From Marsupella aquatica (taxonomy: Eukaryota > Plantae > Marchantiophyta), in contig OZ316898.1 of NCBI GenBank assembly GCA_973895155.1, forward strand, positions 5,381,079 through 5,445,078: a DNA stretch of 64,000 bases, in the 5' to 3' direction. The notes beneath the pieces are model-generated. The model saw only the letters and a list, made by a program, of their open reading frames with translations, was not told where the DNA came from and searched no databases. The position numbers were made by a program, and so were the translations under genes. Of this stretch, positions 25,691 through 37,916 are shown piece by piece (positions within the stretch are counted from its first letter, which is position 1; the number at the start of each line of letters is the position of its first letter).

Positions 25691-26079
25691 GTGCAATGCA
25701 CGGGCATTGGGCTAGTACATTCAAAGTATTTTAAGTTCACTAAAATTAAAAGAAGTCCAAAAGTTTAGGTTCATTCAAAATCAAATTAATACAAATGATT
25801 CACCTGTTAAGGCACATTAAAATCAAAATTTGAACACAAAATCTGAAAGGTGGATTCACCATATAGGAGTTTCATAGTTTCATTAGTACTTACTAATGAA
25901 GCTCTATCCAAACCTACTCTCCATTGCTACTGTCTAGAGTGAAGCCTCTAGAATAACTAAAAGTGCATGTGAAGAGCTACAGAATACCTAAAATTATATA
26001 CATAAAACAAAGTATAAGGAATTTGCTTTTTCAAGATTTTATGTTGTCTTATCTTTATTTATACTCAAAGGGTAAACAG

Positions 26080-26290
26080 GCTAGTTTAATAATAATTACA
26101 ACCACTTCCTCGGTGTAGAGGAAAAGCTTAGCAGCTCTTCTAATAATAATTAATACCACTTCCTCTGAAGGCAAGGAAAAGCTTAGCTGCTTTAATAATA
26201 ATTAAAACCACCTCCGTGGGTGAAGAGGAAGAGCGTAGCTGCTCTAATAGTAATGAAAACATCCTTCGGGAGGAAGAGCTTAGCTGCTCA
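26080..26290. repeat. ~55-bp tandem repeat (~4 copies)
   Basis: taataataatta.aaccacttcctc...gaggaa.agcttagctgct is repeated. Confidence 0.8.
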
Positions 26291-26294
26291 AGAC

Positions 26295-26800
26295 GAAAAT
26301 AGCGGAGCGTGCTTTGCTGAGGCTGAAGTTTAGCGAGAAAAATATCGGGATGCCGGGTAGAGGTTTATCGAGCATATTAATAGGAGGATGTGCTTTGCTG
26401 GGCCACAGGGGTTTTATCGAGGCTGAGGTTTAGCGAGGAAAACCGCGGGATGTGCTTTGCTGAGGCTGAAGTTTAGCGAGCAAAATAGCGGAATGTGCTT
26501 TGCTGAGGCTGAAGTTTAGCGAGAAAAATAGCGGGATGTGCTTTGCCGAGGCTGAAGTTTATCGAGCAAAATAGCGGGACCTGCTTTGCTGAGGCTGAAG
26601 TTTAGCGATAAAAATAGCAGGAAATGCTCTGCTGAGGCTGAAGTTTAGCGAGAAAAATATCGGGATGTGCGTTGCTGGGGCCGAGGTTCTAGCTAAACCA
26701 TAATAGCGGGACATGCTTTGCTGGGTCTCAGGTTTAGCGAGGCTGAGGTTTAGCGAGCAAAATAGCGGAATGTGCTTTGCTGGGGCTGAGGTTTAGCGCA
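26295..26800. repeat. 43-bp tandem array (~11 copies) upstream of the RPRD leader
   Basis: gtgctttgctgaggctgaagtttagcgagaaaaatagcgggat starts at 26452, 26495, 26538 and so on, at 43-bp spacing. Confidence 0.92.
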
Positions 26801-26819
26801 CTTTACAGTAGTAACATTA

Positions 26820-29555
26820 ATTAGTAGCCAAGGAATCAGCTTAGCGACGAGACAGGCTTTCCTTTGCATTCGGCCAAGAAGAGCACAGAGCAGAGGAGAG
26901 CGGAGCAGAGTAGACTCTGTTACCATTTCGTTCGTTGGAGCTGTTGTCGTTGGAGACTGGACTCGACTGGACTGGACTGGACTGGAGATGGCCGCCACGA
27001 CTGTCGGTGCTGCTCTCGGATCCGTTGCTGCGCGGCAGACGGCTGCGACCCAGGTGGATGTCTCCAGCGGAGGCCATAGCGAGAGCTCGCTGAAAAATTC
27101 TATGACTGACCGGTGCCGTTTCCCCCCCCTTTTTCCCAATTGAGCTGGGTTTGCGGTGCTCGTGTGTGATGTGGTAGAATCGGTCGTTCTGAGGTCTGCG
27201 TGACAATAATGCGTGATGGAGAATGTAGGGCGGTGTCATATATTTGAGTCTAGGGTTTTCCGGGTTTTCCCAACATATGAATGTCTTTCTTGCACCTGTC
27301 TGCAGTCTGTGGTGGTGGTGGGCTGTGTGTGCTGTATGTATCACAGAAATTGGTTTCCGAGTGTCTTTTGTAAGACTGTGGAAAGTGTGTCCTGAAGTAG
27401 AAACTGTGACATGCCTTGGCAGCTTCAGAGGTAGAACTCGGGTCCTGTGTAACCTTACTACCGTCCGTGCAACGGGGGTAGAAGCTTAGGGTTCATTTTC
27501 TTTGAAGCAAGACGCGTTGCTTATTTCGGTTGCAGGGAAAACCTGGGGCAAGAGAGAAGGGGTGGGGTAGGGTGTTGGTGAAATTAAAAGTTTTGTAATT
27601 GACACAGCGAGTAATCTCGACGCACCTTTCAAATAAAAAATGAGCATTGGATACCATTGTAACCTGCAGATGAGTGCTATAATCATTAGAAACGTTTACT
27701 ATGAGACAACTTCGACGATATCTGTTTCAAGCTGTCATGACGGAAGTTACGTCTAAAGCTTCGCTGTGAAAGGTATGTTATACGGGCCTTCCTGTTTATT
27801 GACAAAGTTGTATTATTTAGTATAACCTTAGTAGAAGCAAGTTGCTCGCGGACAGTGATAAAACAGGGTCTCTGTTCTTTGGTCTTACGGTTATATCTAT
27901 TCTGATGCATGTCCTAGACTCGGTAGTGCAAGAGCCACTGATGGTTTTGTTCACGGGTTAACTCTTTGCAACGCAGTAGGGTCCCGGTGACCATAATTCC
28001 AGTTCCCAGGACAGAAGGTTACAATTTGCATCATTGTCGTTGCATGTCTCTTGAGATTCGGTTGTTTGTTAACGACAAGGAGACTCGTTTCTCCTTAGTA
28101 TCTATTGGATTGGGATTTGGTGCCTAGACGTTTAGGGCTTAAAAAGGATTACATGAAATGGCAATTTTGTCAAGGAGTTATTGCCAGTAATCGCGTTCAG
28201 AAGCTTTACCATAGGTTTCATTCCGAGAGAAAGTTTACCTGCAAAGAGCGTAGCGCAGGGTTTAGGCAGTGTTAACTGCTCGAAGGGCGTCACCTTGATT
28301 TTCTCTCGAGATTGTGGTGGAGCTTCCTACGTAGAATGAGGACTGCTTCGCTTGAGAGTTGACGATCTAAAAGCCAATGGGTGCATACCGTGTAGTTTTT
28401 CTTCGGTGGTTTCCGTCCCAAGAAGTGAGTGCAACCTATGCGGTGTGGGTTCCTTTAGTGGGATTGTGGCGTTTGGCTTCCCGTTGGTTGGAGTTCCTGG
28501 GCTCTACTTCTGGAGTATGTCATTTCAACCATGTAGGAGCTGAGGGGTCCTTTTTCTGCCCTTTGTCATTCATTTCGTCAGCGTTGATTGACTATCTGAG
28601 AAATTCCTCTATTTGCTGTCTATTGATGTACAAGTTATCACATATGCTATGTAGTCAGACCTAAGCTTGTAGCCCCTTGTAAACCTTACATCCAAACATT
28701 ATGCCTTATCACTTATGCTGTATCAGTCCCAGGACAAGAAGCATGGCACCCTCTTTTTTCCTGCTTCACCCGACATTTGACCCTGCGGACAGACAGACAG
28801 AAGGAAGAAGGGAACTATTGTTCCTTCTAGAGTCCTCACTAGATGGAGAATTCTTTCAATAGAGACTCTCGTCGATGGGTTAGGGCAACGGCATATACTT
28901 AAGATCACGAACACTTGCACTTGATAGGCAATTTAGAAACCTACGACGACGAAATTGGCAATAGTAGACGAAGTTTATTTCGCTAACGCCGCGACCAAAT
29001 AGAAACAATCATGAAATGCTGCCAGATAGGGTTGGGACAACAAAGTTTTTCCTGGATGTTTGCGTATGCTACTGTGACAAAAGGGATCTTGAAATCATTG
29101 AGAAAATGGATAAGTATCTTGGCAAAATGTAAGTCGTGGAACCCTAGATACTGGACCTGGAAAACCCCATAGTGAATTTTGTGGGTAAGGTCTTATTGAG
29201 TGGTATTGTATGAAGTACGTAGAGGACTTGGCCACTGAAGAACTGTTCTTTTTTGAAATTGCTTGCGTGTAATTTTGCGGTTTTGTTGTAAACGCACAAG
29301 TGCTCCTCGTCAGTATTTTGTCGATTTGCGGAAGTCGGGGCAAAAATGAAGTCATCGGACAACATTTTGGTGAACCGACCATCCCGTGTATGCCTTGCAA
29401 GGCTTGGTTCATTGAGGGGTAGTCGCAGATTTGTCCAGGTTCTCTTTGACCACGTTTTCTAGAGAAAGAATACTAACAGGGTCTACCGGTGGGTAACAGA
29501 TTAGCAGGGAGGTGAACGCAATAAGTTGAAGTTTTCGTTGAAAGAGATTCGAGGG
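26820..29555 (+). promoter_or_regulatory. Probable 5' leader exon plus long 5'-UTR intron of the RPRD gene (includes a 51-codon ATG ORF at 26988)
   Basis: A GA-rich TSS-like segment is followed by candidate donors (CAG|gt 27054) and the acceptor taacag| at ~29499, shortly before ATG 29556. The transcript structure is inferred. Confidence 0.45.
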
Positions 29556-32500
29556 ATGAACGGGGCCTTCACTGGACAGATACTGGCTGAGAAGCTAGCC
29601 AAGCTTAACAGCTCAAGACAGAGCATTGAGAGTATCCTGACATCTTTTCTGGGCTTGCATATAGTTAAATATTCAATCACATTGAATCTCAGGTCATGGA
29701 TGCTTCATTTCGTTATTTGCTGAACTCTGGCTTCAAGTCCTGGATTCACCAATTGTTGATTGAGGAATTTTGAAAGTCTCGAGTTTATATGCTTTCTCTT
29801 CTTTTGGACTCAAGAAACCGCTGTGCGTCGATCGGACATGCCTGGTACATATTTCTGCATTGGCAAATGCTCGTAAATGCCCCAGAATTTTGTTTTACTT
29901 ATTCTTGATGTCTCTTCGGTGTCTGTTTAGAATGTAGATTTTGGAAATGCTTCAGTTTGAGTGAATATCATGATAGGAAATGGCCAACTAGTTTATGACC
30001 TATACAGAGTGTTATCCCTTGACGCAAAGTAGCTCTGTCGCACTGGTGTATTTTCCACCGGAAAAAGGCAAAGCAAGTCGTGCAGACATGGGAAAGGGAG
30101 TTTCACTCAGTGGCAAGAGAGCAACGGGTGCCGTTCCTCTATCTCGCCAATGATATTCTTCAAAACAGTCGTCGGAAGGGTGGTGAGTTTGTGACAGAGT
30201 TCTGGAAGGTTTTGTCCGGAGCTCTTCGTGATGTTGTGGAGCACGGAGATGATAGCGGACGCAATGCCGTCTATCGACTGGTAAGCCTTAAAACGTTTTT
30301 ACGAAGCTTGGACATGGGGAGGTGTATACGTCGAAGTTATACCTAAGTTTTTCTTTTCGGCGCAAGGTTAGGACCCGGTACACGTCATATTTGCAAGGTC
30401 TAAGAGTCATTTAGAGCTACTGATTAATGGTGAAGTAGCTATTGAGTTGGCCACTGTAAGGTACTTCCACGATCCCCACCCACCCCCCCCAAATCTTCAA
30501 AGAAGGTTGGGGGATCGGTGATTCTGGCAAAGGGAGGATTTTTAACTTCTCTGTTGGTGGTTTCTCTCAGGTGGATATCTGGGAGGAAAGAAGGGTTTTC
30601 GGATCTCGAGGAAGAAGTCTTCGTGAGGAGCTTTTGGGAAAGGGACCCCTGTCTCCTGTGCGTGACACTGTTGAGAGAGAAAAGCCAACGACATCACCCT
30701 CTAAAATTGTGAGGAATCGTATGATATACATCATTCAGAAATGTCAAATCAATGAGACTTCTCTTGGATTGCGCAAGGAACTACTTTTGGTAGTTGAGTT
30801 CTGGTTCTGTAGTCCATGAATGTTCCCGCTACGAATCCGAGTGTTTCTCTGCTGAACGAATTCAAACCAAGATACACTGTCTTCTAACTTTGGGTGTGTG
30901 TAAGTGGTAAAATGACCAGAGAATTGTTTGGAGTTGTGGAATTTATATATGAACAAGACTCAGACGATATTCATTGTTGTCATGTTGATGTTGCAGCCAC
31001 CTGCGATGATTTTGGATAAAATCTCAGCAGGTTACCAGTCAGTCCAGGAAGGACAAGCCGAGGAGGATGAAGCACTCCAGAACTGTAATTACGCCATCCA
31101 GCAGGTCGAGAGTTTGGAAAAGGAAGCCGAAAGTCGTGCAAGTACTGGTGAGTCAGTTTCCTGCAACTTGCGGTGAGATATCTTTGACACACAGCATATG
31201 ATTACCATGTCTATAAATCTTTTGAGATTCGGTGGATTGCCAACAATTCTCATAAGTACTCTTGTCACGGGAAGATAAGGAGTTTTCTGTGGCTCCTGCC
31301 TCGATGGCTTGGGACCTGTAGGAGTACAGTAACATCTCTGAGTTCGTTTCCTGATCAAAATGGTTTTTGATAATTTGCAGGTCGAGCGCAGGGTTCGGTG
31401 GCTGATGACCTACATGAGCAACAAACTGTCTTGGCACATTGCATAGAACAGCTAGAGTCCAGTGAGATGACGCGAGCAGCTCTTGTTCAACAACTCAAAG
31501 AAGCTTTGCATGAACAGGTATGCAGGCTCCGCTCTTTCCTCTAGCAGTCTAAAGAACCACATGTCCGTCCGGATCGAGGAAGTCGCTATGTATGGAGCTG
31601 AAGTTTAAATCATTAGGCGCCTCCGTCTTCCATATCTCCAGCTCCTCCTCCTCCTCCCTCGCACCCCCACCGGCACCCCTCTAGGGTTAGAGGTTTGTGA
31701 TCATGCTTTCAGTTTCCACCTTGGTTGGGAAGTTTGTGATATGACCTTAAAATAATTAGTATTCTCCTTTATGCGAGATGTACTTTCATAGTACAGCAAT
31801 GTGGCTTTTTGTCCCTCACAAAACGAGAATTAAATGTGACAGGAAAGCAAGTTGGAGCATCTACGCACCCAGCTTCAGGTATTGGCCTTTGGACGTATCT
31901 TATGTGATTGCATTAAATTCTGCTGTGTACGCCCTTTTCATACAGAGGACTTCGAGTAGGAATCTCATTTTACCGGGTGCTAAAATGTTTGGATAGACTG
32001 TACTGCTGCTGAAACTGCAGGAGAAATTACTTTGTCTTTGTGTTCATTTCAGAAATTCATGGTAGCAGCGAAGTAGTCCTTGGCAATGCCCAAGTACCTG
32101 TCCATTGTCATATTTAGTATCCGTAGCAGCTGACATCCTCAAGTTCGAACCCGTTTTTGACCCAACCATGGATGTTGCAGATTGCGCAAGCTCAAGCAGA
32201 GCAAGCTGGAAGTGTTCGCCAGCGCTTACTCACTGGGAGCCCAAGTCTAAGTGACCTGAGTCCAATCGCTCGCGAAAACGGTCTTTCCGGGAGAGACAAC
32301 AGCCTCAATCACCTCAATCCCGATACGTCTTCCATGAATGACAAGGATGGCAGTATGCCAAGAATGAATTTAGCAAACACCCTGCCACCGACTACTGGAT
32401 CTCTGGGAATGGAAAGGGTCGCCCCTTTGGACGAGGATAGTAAGAACCAAAAGAGCTTGCACGCATCTACAGCAGCTGAAGTGGCGGCCAAACTGGCAGC

Positions 32501-33017
32501 CAATACGTCATCTGCAGCGATGCTGACCTCTGTGCTGTCATCCCTAGCCGCTGAGGAAGCAACATCGATGAACAGTGGTGTTCGTTTAGCAGGCAGCATC
32601 CCTTTGGATGCCCCAGCTCCTGTTCGACCTCTTGACAACAATAAGCGGCAGCGACATGATGGGCGGCCTGATGGATCTGAAGTACTTGCATACAGTATGA
32701 CCCCACAGATGTCTCCTCTCCAGTCTAGCCACCAACCTCCTCTACCACAGCAGGCACCCCCCATGGCCCAATATATGGGCGGACAAATGATGTCTGTTCA
32801 GCAGCAGTACGGATATGGGGTAGGTTTGCCACCGCCCCCACCTCCTCCGATGCAAGGACATCCCATGATGGCGATGCAGCAACAACGCATGGGTGGCCAT
32901 CCTCAGCCCCTTCCTCCTGGGATGGGTGGCCCATACCAACAAATGCAACCTTCGAATATGGGATATTATAGTTCTCCCCCTATGCCTGCCCCTCCTGCTC
33001 CAATGCGCCCACAATAA
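29556..33017 (+). CDS. RPRD1/Rtt103-like CTD-interacting-domain (CID) protein with Pro/Gln-rich C-terminus
   Basis: Exons 29556-29631, 30033-30280, 30571-30708, 30997-31147, 31381-31517, 31843-31878 and 32181-33017. CID motifs: LAKLNSSRQSIETLSHWCIFHR, FLYLANDILQNSRRKG, VDIWEERRVFG. Confidence 0.9.
29632..30032 (+). other. U12-type (minor spliceosome) GT-AG intron
   Basis: The 5' splice site is GTATCCTG. A branch-like TCCCTTGAC lies about 9 nt before the AG, with no polypyrimidine tract. Splicing restores SIE-T-LSHW. Confidence 0.8.
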
Positions 33018-36008
33018 TCATCACAACATGTGGTACTTTTAGGGAGAAGGCGAGGTTTGTGTACATGAATGTCTGCCTCCCTCCAGGCAAATCTCCTGGT
33101 TCTACAGATGATGTACAGTGCCTTTGTTGGCAAAAGCTTGATCTGGAGTGCAGTGTGTTGATATAATGTTTCAATCACGTTATTTGATACCAATTTCGAC
33201 ATCTAGATCTTAGGGGTTTCCAACAGGAGGAGAACATTGCCCGGCCTTAGAGCACCTCAAAATGTTGTTCCCTAACTGTTGAAGAATAGGAGCGATAGTC
33301 TTGCAAAAGAATCCATCAATGTGATGCAGTAATTGGATACTGGAGTTGGGTAGGTTTCCATCGCAAGTTTTCATTCCTTTGCAACCAATTTTGATGTGGA
33401 GGCCATGGAAGGAACAGTAAGGTTGGATTGTGTTACAGATTGGGCACGAAGTTTGCCTCGAAATCTATGTCTTTGGGAGTCCAAGTTCCGGCCGATCAAC
33501 GGTCCCATGCATCGTATGGTTTCATATTGGTTGAATGAAAATTGTTTTGGGCTGCACCATTGATAGGAGAGAATCACAAGCAATCAGTGAGTAAGCATAT
33601 GGACGAGTTTGTTGGCTCACGAACAAGTGTCCTGGAGCTCTGTGCTTATTATTGATAGCTTGATCCTAAGCAGTACTGGTTTAGTCTTGGTTCTATGTCT
33701 GAACGAACATTATCAGGCTGTGTTTTCAACTTTTGTTTCTAGGAAATCCAGTCAATTCTAGGCCACGTCGAAATCGTAGCTTTCCGCATCTTAAATTCGT
33801 CTCTTATATTCGAAGAGGAGACTACCCACTGTTCACTCTTTCCAGTTTCCAATTTGGCGATGCTCTGCCTCTCGAATTCGCCCTTTGTTTGGACTTGGTG
33901 AAAATGATAAACGAGAGGAGGTCCAATGACGATGACGAATGCTTGTTCATTCTATGAAAGGTTTACACGTCCTGTGACCTCTGGGTGTATTCTTTGTCCA
34001 ATCGATGGTTTGAGATCCATCCCCATGCTGGCGATTCATGGACAAATAATATAGTGAAGCAGGCAAATGACTGGAGAAGTTATTTAGGCAGAGATAAGTT
34101 TGAGACTGATAAGAAGTTCTACAAAAGGAAACCAATGAAAATCCTCGTGAAAAGGGAAGGATTGCATTCCTGATCTAGGTATGCTCATTTTGGACCCAAT
34201 GCAAACTTGAGCGCCATTGATTGAATTTCCTTCGCAACTATTTGCAAGCGTAATCCAGCTGAAGAAAGCCCTGGATGGGGTGCGGCTTCCTGTACTGTAG
34301 AAACTCTTGACCTGGACTTCCAGTTGCTAACTGAAGGAACCGTCCATGGAACAATGTCGAGCTCCTTGAAGAGACAAAGGTGAGCGAGCCCTCTTGTACC
34401 ACCTTGCCGAACGAATCTGTCGACCTGAAGTCCTGGTTTTAACAAAGGCGAAGAAAGCTCTCGTGCATTGCCCCCGGCAACCTCCTTCTGTGCGTTCAGG
34501 AAGGGTTTTTTCAAAAAATTACTCCCACATTTAGCGTCACTACACGGAATTCATTCCCCGGACTTCTCAATCAGCGAGGATCCCTGGACGCTAGGAAGTA
34601 CTTCGTGTCATTCCCGAGCAATGTGGGATCGCTACATGGAACGCATTCCTCGGATTTTGCAAGCGGCAAAAAAGCTGCACGTCAGGGAGTTCTTTGGCCC
34701 AACTCAAAGCAATGTGCCACACAACATCTTGCGAGTAAGACACCCCTCACTGTCCATCGAGGCCTAAGCCCCAAAGGACAACAAGTTGTTGAAACAAGCA
34801 AATAGGTCGGACGAGCTCAACTTCCACAGCAGATCCATCCACAAGAGACATCTACGAGGAAGGATCGAGTAATGCCCGAATTCAGATTCAAGGATCGTAT
34901 CCGGAAAAGTAGTAGTTACGTCACCAGTATTACGCCAAACTAGAAATCCTGCACCCCAACACTTCGTCCCGATGGTTTTTTTCTAATCTGTTACCGACAA
35001 CGTGACCGTTAATTAATCACGGGGGTAACCCTTCCTCGTGTATGGACACAACGAAATTCTCAATTGAAATTCACTCCACTTCACTCCGCTTGCTGTGCTG
35101 CTCCACCATGCTGAATACGACAGTAAGAGTACCGAGGAATCCGACCCGCACATTCGTCATCAGCGGAGTCGAATCAGAGCTCTAATGCCCCAACGTTTCC
35201 TCTTCACGGTGTCTATCAAACGTTTCCTCTTCACGGTTCGTCTATCATTCGTTTCCATCTGTTCGCCTCTGTGTCGGCCAAGATCATGGGAGTGGGTGGG
35301 CACAGAGGGTGAAGAAACCCTTGGCGTCGTGATTGTTTGGTGGTTGGTTTATTGTAGGAGTGGTCCGCGGTGGACCCCCTTTGTGATCTGATGTAACCAA
35401 TAGAGACGGCATTCCCACTGCTGCTTTGAATTTGATCTGTTTCCTTATGACTGAACTCTAGCTAGCTGCTGCTTGAACTATTCAGAGTCTGGTTTTTCTC
35501 GTTTCCCCTCCATGGCTGTGGTTGTCTACTCTGAGACCTTAGATGTCACTTTTTCAACTTTTCGTTTCTTTCCGTAGTGAAGCAAGAAAGAAAGAAACTG
35601 GTCATTACAAGAAAGGGTAGAGGACGGCTCGTTTGTTCTCTCTGTGGGTAATTTACGCTGAACCCACTAAAGAAGATTTTGTTGTGAACATTCTCCGATT
35701 TAACAAGAGCGCAGTCGACTATTGGAGTAACTTTCACAATGGTAATCAGTGCACGCTAATCACCCCGAACTTATCGTAAGTTGTGGAACGAATCAGAACA
35801 GGCTTCACTTTCCAGACTTGTTGCTGTGTCACTTGTGCTTTGTCAAAGAGAAGCGCGCTGGGATAGACCTGCCCATCCTCTCAAGTTTTGATCCGGATGG
35901 GCAGGTGATGCATTCATTCATTCGGTTGGCTAGTTATGGGCAGTCCTTACATTTGATTGACGATCATTCGAGTTTTCCCAGTCTGGAATTGCAGTTGTGG
36001 AGCAAGCG

Positions 36009-37916
36009 ATGGGGCGTTTGAAGGCCAGTGTGCCGTCAAATGTAGCGGAATTGATCGTTGTGAGGCATGGAGAGACCACCTGGAATGTCTCTGGCCGTCT
36101 TCAGGTGCCTATCTTTCTTAAGAGGAATTTAGTAGATGCAGGGATTGACGACGATGGGCTTATTTCTGTTTCCGTTCTATCTACCTTCGAGATCTCTGCT
36201 GTCATCAAATTCCTTGCTATAAATTTCTGTGCTCCGCTCAATTGAGCCCTCGTATAGCTGTTGTGCATGCGACTCTGGGAACACACGCGCTCCGGTGGTT
36301 CCTTTTGTGGTCAGACTATACCCAAAGGAGAATTCGGACCGGACTGACATCATTCTCTCTGTTGATGCCAATGGTGATGCTGATCAGCTTAGCGACAAAA
36401 CGTCTTTGTTGATTGACCTGACTTCTCGCGTTCGTTGGTGGTAACAGGGGCAAGCAGAATCAGACCTGACTGACAATGGAGTGAAGCAAGCCCAGGCAGT
36501 AAGTGAGCCCTGTCTACAACTCCATATAAGTCATCTTCATCACATAATATAGACACAAGGACGAAATGAATGCAATCTCTCTTGGCGTTGAGAGCACAAC
36601 CAGTAGTATTTCATCCTTCAGTCTATTCTAACAGGCTACTCTGATGCTTGGCTATTATTCGAAATACAAGTGGTTTGAAGCGTTCAAAATAGTTCTATAG
36701 AGTTCAACAGAAAATGTTTCGAAAGTGGTGAGCCACGAGTTTTATTGAGCTTGTTTTCGCATATCAGGTTGCAGACCGATTGGGAAGAGGAGCAAAAGAT
36801 GTTGCTGCAGTCTATTCCTCTGATCTCAAACGTGCCGTGGAGACTGCGCAGCTTATTGCAGACAAGTGTGGTTGCCATGAGGTGTGTACGACCTGGAACC
36901 AGTACCCTTAATTATAATTCATGTTACTTGTTAATGGGTAGCTAAAGCCTTCTGACCTTGTCGACCGGTGCATCTAGGTGATTATGATGGATTCGTTGAG
37001 GGAAAGATATCTGGGCAATCTGCAAGGATATACTCGAATTGAAGCTATGACTATGGAGCCAGAAGCGCTGCAGGCTTCAACCTCAAATGATCGTAACGAG
37101 GCGATCCCCGTAATGATTGCCGCTCTCCTCTTCATTCTTTCCTCCGTACAAACCAAGAATGGTATGATGTTGCAGATGGAAATAAACAAATCTAAAATAA
37201 GAGAAGTTTCTTCAAGGACAATTTCTGGCTTTCTGTTTCTGTACTCGGAAGTCCGAATTGGAAGGCTTGTCAAGGTTTCTCACATCAGTTCTCGTTGTCT
37301 AGGGTGGAGGTGAAAGCTTGAACCAGTTATATGCACGCACCAAGGCAGCCATGGAAGAAATTGCTCAGAGGCACCTGGGTAGGTGTTATGGCACCTGAAC
37401 CTTCTATTTCATACTTCCAGATGAGGCAGAAACAACTTCAAGAGAGTCAAATTTGTTGCTTATCGATGAGGAATGCGAAATCTGCTCTTGCCGTCAATTG
37501 AAGTTGCCTAGTCCTCAGAAACCCTGTTGTGAACAGATCCTTGCTATGCCCTGCTCTCTTTGGGGCCCCAAAGCATTAATTGGTCACCTTACTAGCCTCT
37601 GCTATTAAATCTTGTAGTGTTCCAGTCCTGACTGCTACTCATGCATGACCTTTTTGGAACATTTGATGACGCGCATTCTTTGTTACACTGAACTTCAGGT
37701 CAAAGAGTCATTGTTGTGAGTCACGGTGGTGTCCTGAGAGCGTTGTACATCCATGCTGAGGGCAAAATGCCTTCAGGAAGGGTACAAAATACTTCTCTGA
37801 ACGTGTTCCACATTTCGGGATCAAGTGAGTGGACCCTACGATCGTGGGGAGATGTCAATCACTTGCAAGGAGTTGAATTTCTTCGTTCAGCTGCTGGCGG
37901 AGATGAATTAGCATGA
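36009..37916 (+). CDS. Phosphoglycerate-mutase-like protein (histidine phosphatase superfamily)
   Basis: Exons ~36009-36104, 36448-36498, 36768-36881, 36978-37109, 37303-37378 and 37699-37916. Motifs: VVRHGETTWN..GRLQG, YSSDLKRAVETA, LRERYLG, GGGES, VVSHGG. Confidence 0.9.

Larger units (their letters stand above)
22927..25715 (+). mobile_element. Non-autonomous Helitron
   Basis: The 5' end is A|TCTACTACTATAA at 22927. The 3' end has the hairpin CGTGCA-A-TGCACG (25690-25702), then 9 nt, then CTAG|T at 25712-25716. Insertion is between A and T with no TSD. No Rep/helicase ORF is present. Confidence 0.75.

Noticed and set aside
24877-25768. Long F/S/L-rich ORFs (182 and 197 aa)
   Set aside because: They are translations of the pyrimidine-rich minisatellite inside the Helitron.
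26295-26800. 43-bp array as a CRISPR array
   Set aside because: The units are head-to-tail with no unique spacers, there are no cas genes, and the context is eukaryotic.
26750-27344. Minus-strand ORFs sharing peptides with ORFs at 53065-53588
   Set aside because: The similarity follows from the DNA duplication. The reading frames are broken differently in the two copies.
32309-33014. Minus-strand ORFs within the last RPRD exon
   Set aside because: They are antisense shadows of a Pro/Gln/Gly-rich coding exon.
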